Below are positions 62,094-64,000 of a stretch of DNA of 64,000 bases, in pieces. The notes beneath the pieces were generated by a model, which worked only from the letters and a program-made list of their open reading frames with translations, was not told where the DNA came from and ran no database searches. Position numbers and translations under genes: made by a program. Origin of the DNA: Anaeromyxobacteraceae bacterium. Its GTDB lineage: Bacteria > Myxococcota > Myxococcia > Myxococcales > Anaeromyxobacteraceae. The stretch spans positions 2,304,001 through 2,368,000 of the forward strand of contig JASGHJ010000001.1 in the NCBI GenBank assembly GCA_047602405.1, written 5' to 3'. Position 1 is the first letter of the stretch. The number at the start of each line of letters is the position of its first letter.

Positions 62094-63845
62094 CTACGCC
62101 TTCGCCGCCCTCGAGAGCGCGTCGCGCAGCGTCGAGACGGCGTAGGGCTTCTGGATGAACCCGGCGATGGGCGCCTGCGGGTGCCGTTCGAGCAGCGCCT
62201 GCTCGTCGAAGCCGCTCGAGAGCACGACGCGCAGCCCCGCGTCCACGGCGAGCAGCGCCTCGAGGGTCGCGATGCCGTCCATCTCCGGCATGGAGAGGTC
62301 GAGCAGGACGAGGTGGACCTCGCCGGGCCGGCTGCGGACGAGCTCCACGGCCTGCTTCCCGCCGGGCGCGGTGAGCACCGGGAACCCCATCGACTTCACC
62401 ATCCGCGCGCAGGCCCGGAGCACCAGCTCCTCGTCGTCCACCACCAGCACCGTGCCCGGCGCCGGCGCCGTGCGCGGCAGCGGCGTGCGCCGCGGCGGAC
62501 CCACCTCGGCGGGCCCGGCCTCGCGCGCGGGGAAGAGCACGCGGATCGTCGTGCCGCGCCCGGGCGCGCTCTCGACGAAGATCGCGCCGTCGTGGCCACG
62601 CACGATCCCGAGGAGCGCCGCCATCCCGAGCCCGCGCCCGGGGCCCTTCGTCGAGAAGAACGGGTCGAAGAGCCGCGCCTGGGTGGCCGCGTCCATGCCG
62701 CAGCCGTCGTCGCTCACCTCGAGCGCGACGTAGGCGTCGGCGGGCCGCCGCACCGCGAGCACGCTGCCCGCCACCGCCCCCGCCAGCGCCCCCGCGCCAC
62801 CCGGCCTCACCGAGGTGGCGAGGGTGATGGTCCCCGCGCGCCCGCCGATGGCCTCGGCGGCGTTCGTGATGAGGTTCATCACGACCTGCTGGACCTGGCC
62901 GACGTCGGCGTCGACCGACGGGAGCGCCGGGGCGAGCCGCGGGACGATCGCGCAGGTGTGCGGCACCCCCGCGCGGAAGAGGTGGACGTTCTCCATCACG
63001 ACGCCGGAGAGGTCGACCGGGCGCACCACGAAGCGGCCCTTCCCGGAGTACGCGAGGAGCTGGCGCGTGAGGTCGGTGGCGCGGCGCGCGGCCTGGGCGG
63101 CGAGCTCGACCGACTCCGCGGGCGGGCTGCCCGCGGGGAGCTCCAGCCGCGCGAGGTCGAGGTTCCCGAGCATCGCCTGCAGGAGGTTGTTGAAGTCGTG
63201 CGCCACCCCGCCGGCGAGCACGCCGAGGCTCTCCAGCTTCTGCGCGTGCAGGAGCCGGCGCTCGAGCTCGAGCCGCTCCGCGGCGTCCCGCTGCGAGGCG
63301 CGGAACAGGCGGGCGTTCTCGGCCGCGACCGCCGCCAGGTTCGCGAGCGTCCTGCAGAGATCGACGACCTCCGGGCCGAGTGTCATCGCGCCCGAGGTCG
63401 AGCCTACGATGAGGACGCCGACCGCCTTCGGGCCCGCGATCATGGGGCAGTAGAGGAGGGTGCGCAGCCCGCGCTGCTCGACGACGACCCGCTCCGCGGG
63501 CGTGATGCTCGCCTCGAGGCGCATGTCCGGCACGTGGACCGGGACCCCCTCCCGCAGCGCCCGGGCGAGGCGCGGGTGGTCGCGGGTCGCCGCGAGGCGC
63601 AAGGGCTCGGGGAACCCGGGGGGGAGGGGCGGCGTGGTCGCGCCGAGGCGGATCTGCTCGCCGTCGACGAGGTAGACCGCGGCGGACTCGAGCGCGGAGA
63701 CCCGGCACACGCCGTCCGTCGTCGCCTGCAGGATCGCGTCGAGGTCGAGCGTCGCGGCGAGCGCGCCGCTCACCTCGACGAGGGTGGCCAGTCCTGCCGC
63801 GCGGCGGCGCAGCGCGGGGATGTCGTCGCTGTGCGCCTGGCTCAT
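62094..63845 (-). CDS. GAF-domain hybrid histidine kinase/response regulator
   Basis: GAF-like N-terminus, QKLESLGVLAGGVAHDFNNLL, NLITNAAEA, DPFFSTK, receiver VVDDE...LLDLSMP...IQKPY. Confidence 0.93.
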   Translation of the reverse strand: MSQAHSDDIPALRRRAAGLATLVEVSGALAATLDLDAILQATTDGVCRVSALESAAVYLVDGEQIRLGATTPPLPPGFPEPLRLAATRDHPRLARALREGVPVHVPDMRLEASITPAERVVVEQRGLRTLLYCPMIAGPKAVGVLIVGSTSGAMTLGPEVVDLCRTLANLAAVAAENARLFRASQRDAAERLELERRLLHAQKLESLGVLAGGVAHDFNNLLQAMLGNLDLARLELPAGSPPAESVELAAQAARRATDLTRQLLAYSGKGRFVVRPVDLSGVVMENVHLFRAGVPHTCAIVPRLAPALPSVDADVGQVQQVVMNLITNAAEAIGGRAGTITLATSVRPGGAGALAGAVAGSVLAVRRPADAYVALEVSDDGCGMDAATQARLFDPFFSTKGPGRGLGMAALLGIVRGHDGAIFVESAPGRGTTIRVLFPAREAGPAEVGPPRRTPLPRTAPAPGTVLVVDDEELVLRACARMVKSMGFPVLTAPGGKQAVELVRSRPGEVHLVLLDLSMPEMDGIATLEALLAVDAGLRVVLSSGFDEQALLERHPQAPIAGFIQKPYAVSTLRDALSRAAKA

Positions 63846-64000
63846 CCCGCTCCCCGGCCGCGCGATCCAGGGTGACCCGCGGTCCCAGTCGGAGCGTGTC
63901 ACGCGCCGCGTTCGGCCGGAAGCCGATGGGGTGCGCCTTTCGGTCGCACGCTCCCCGCGGAGGGCGGGTCAGGCGGGTGGCGCGCCGGAGCCCTCGACCT

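Overview
Very GC-rich chromosomal segment. Gene content (Glt-like cluster, MYXO-CTERM-like signal, RecA1-like protein) points to Myxococcota, probably Anaeromyxobacter-like. 1-17.7 kb is one co-directional cell-envelope locus: a Glt/Agl-like TPR cluster (gltD-like, an extra TPR lipoprotein, gltE/F/G-like), a ~1570-aa secreted FG-GAP propeller plus ~12 DxDGD Ig-like repeats, then an outer-membrane beta-barrel and a short OPX/Wza polysaccharide export lipoprotein. 17.8-21.5 kb holds udg, comM and recA. 21.5-25.5 kb is an accessory patch: an orphan AbrB-like antitoxin, a complete IS4/IS50-like element with an 8-bp target duplication, a lipoprotein with repeated GPDG..T.DD motifs, and DUF2314. 25.6-46 kb carries a peptidase-propeller-Omp85 fusion, pssA-pgpA-cinA, an M23 peptidase, ltaE, nth, an AlkZ-like glycosylase, RNase P RNA and several hypothetical genes. 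46-56 kb is a narC-GHJI-narK-narK nitrate respiration operon with a divergent Rrf2 regulator. 56-64 kb holds CheR plus a hybrid kinase, an enoyl-CoA hydratase, an AI-2E transporter, a UPF0489-like protein and a GAF hybrid kinase. A dispersed REP-like hairpin family recurs across the window. Five genes carry +1 frameshifts; three are the identical GATC->GATTC change, which suggests systematic, possibly methylation-linked, sequencing error rather than real pseudogenes. All family assignments come from motif recognition; no database searches were run.
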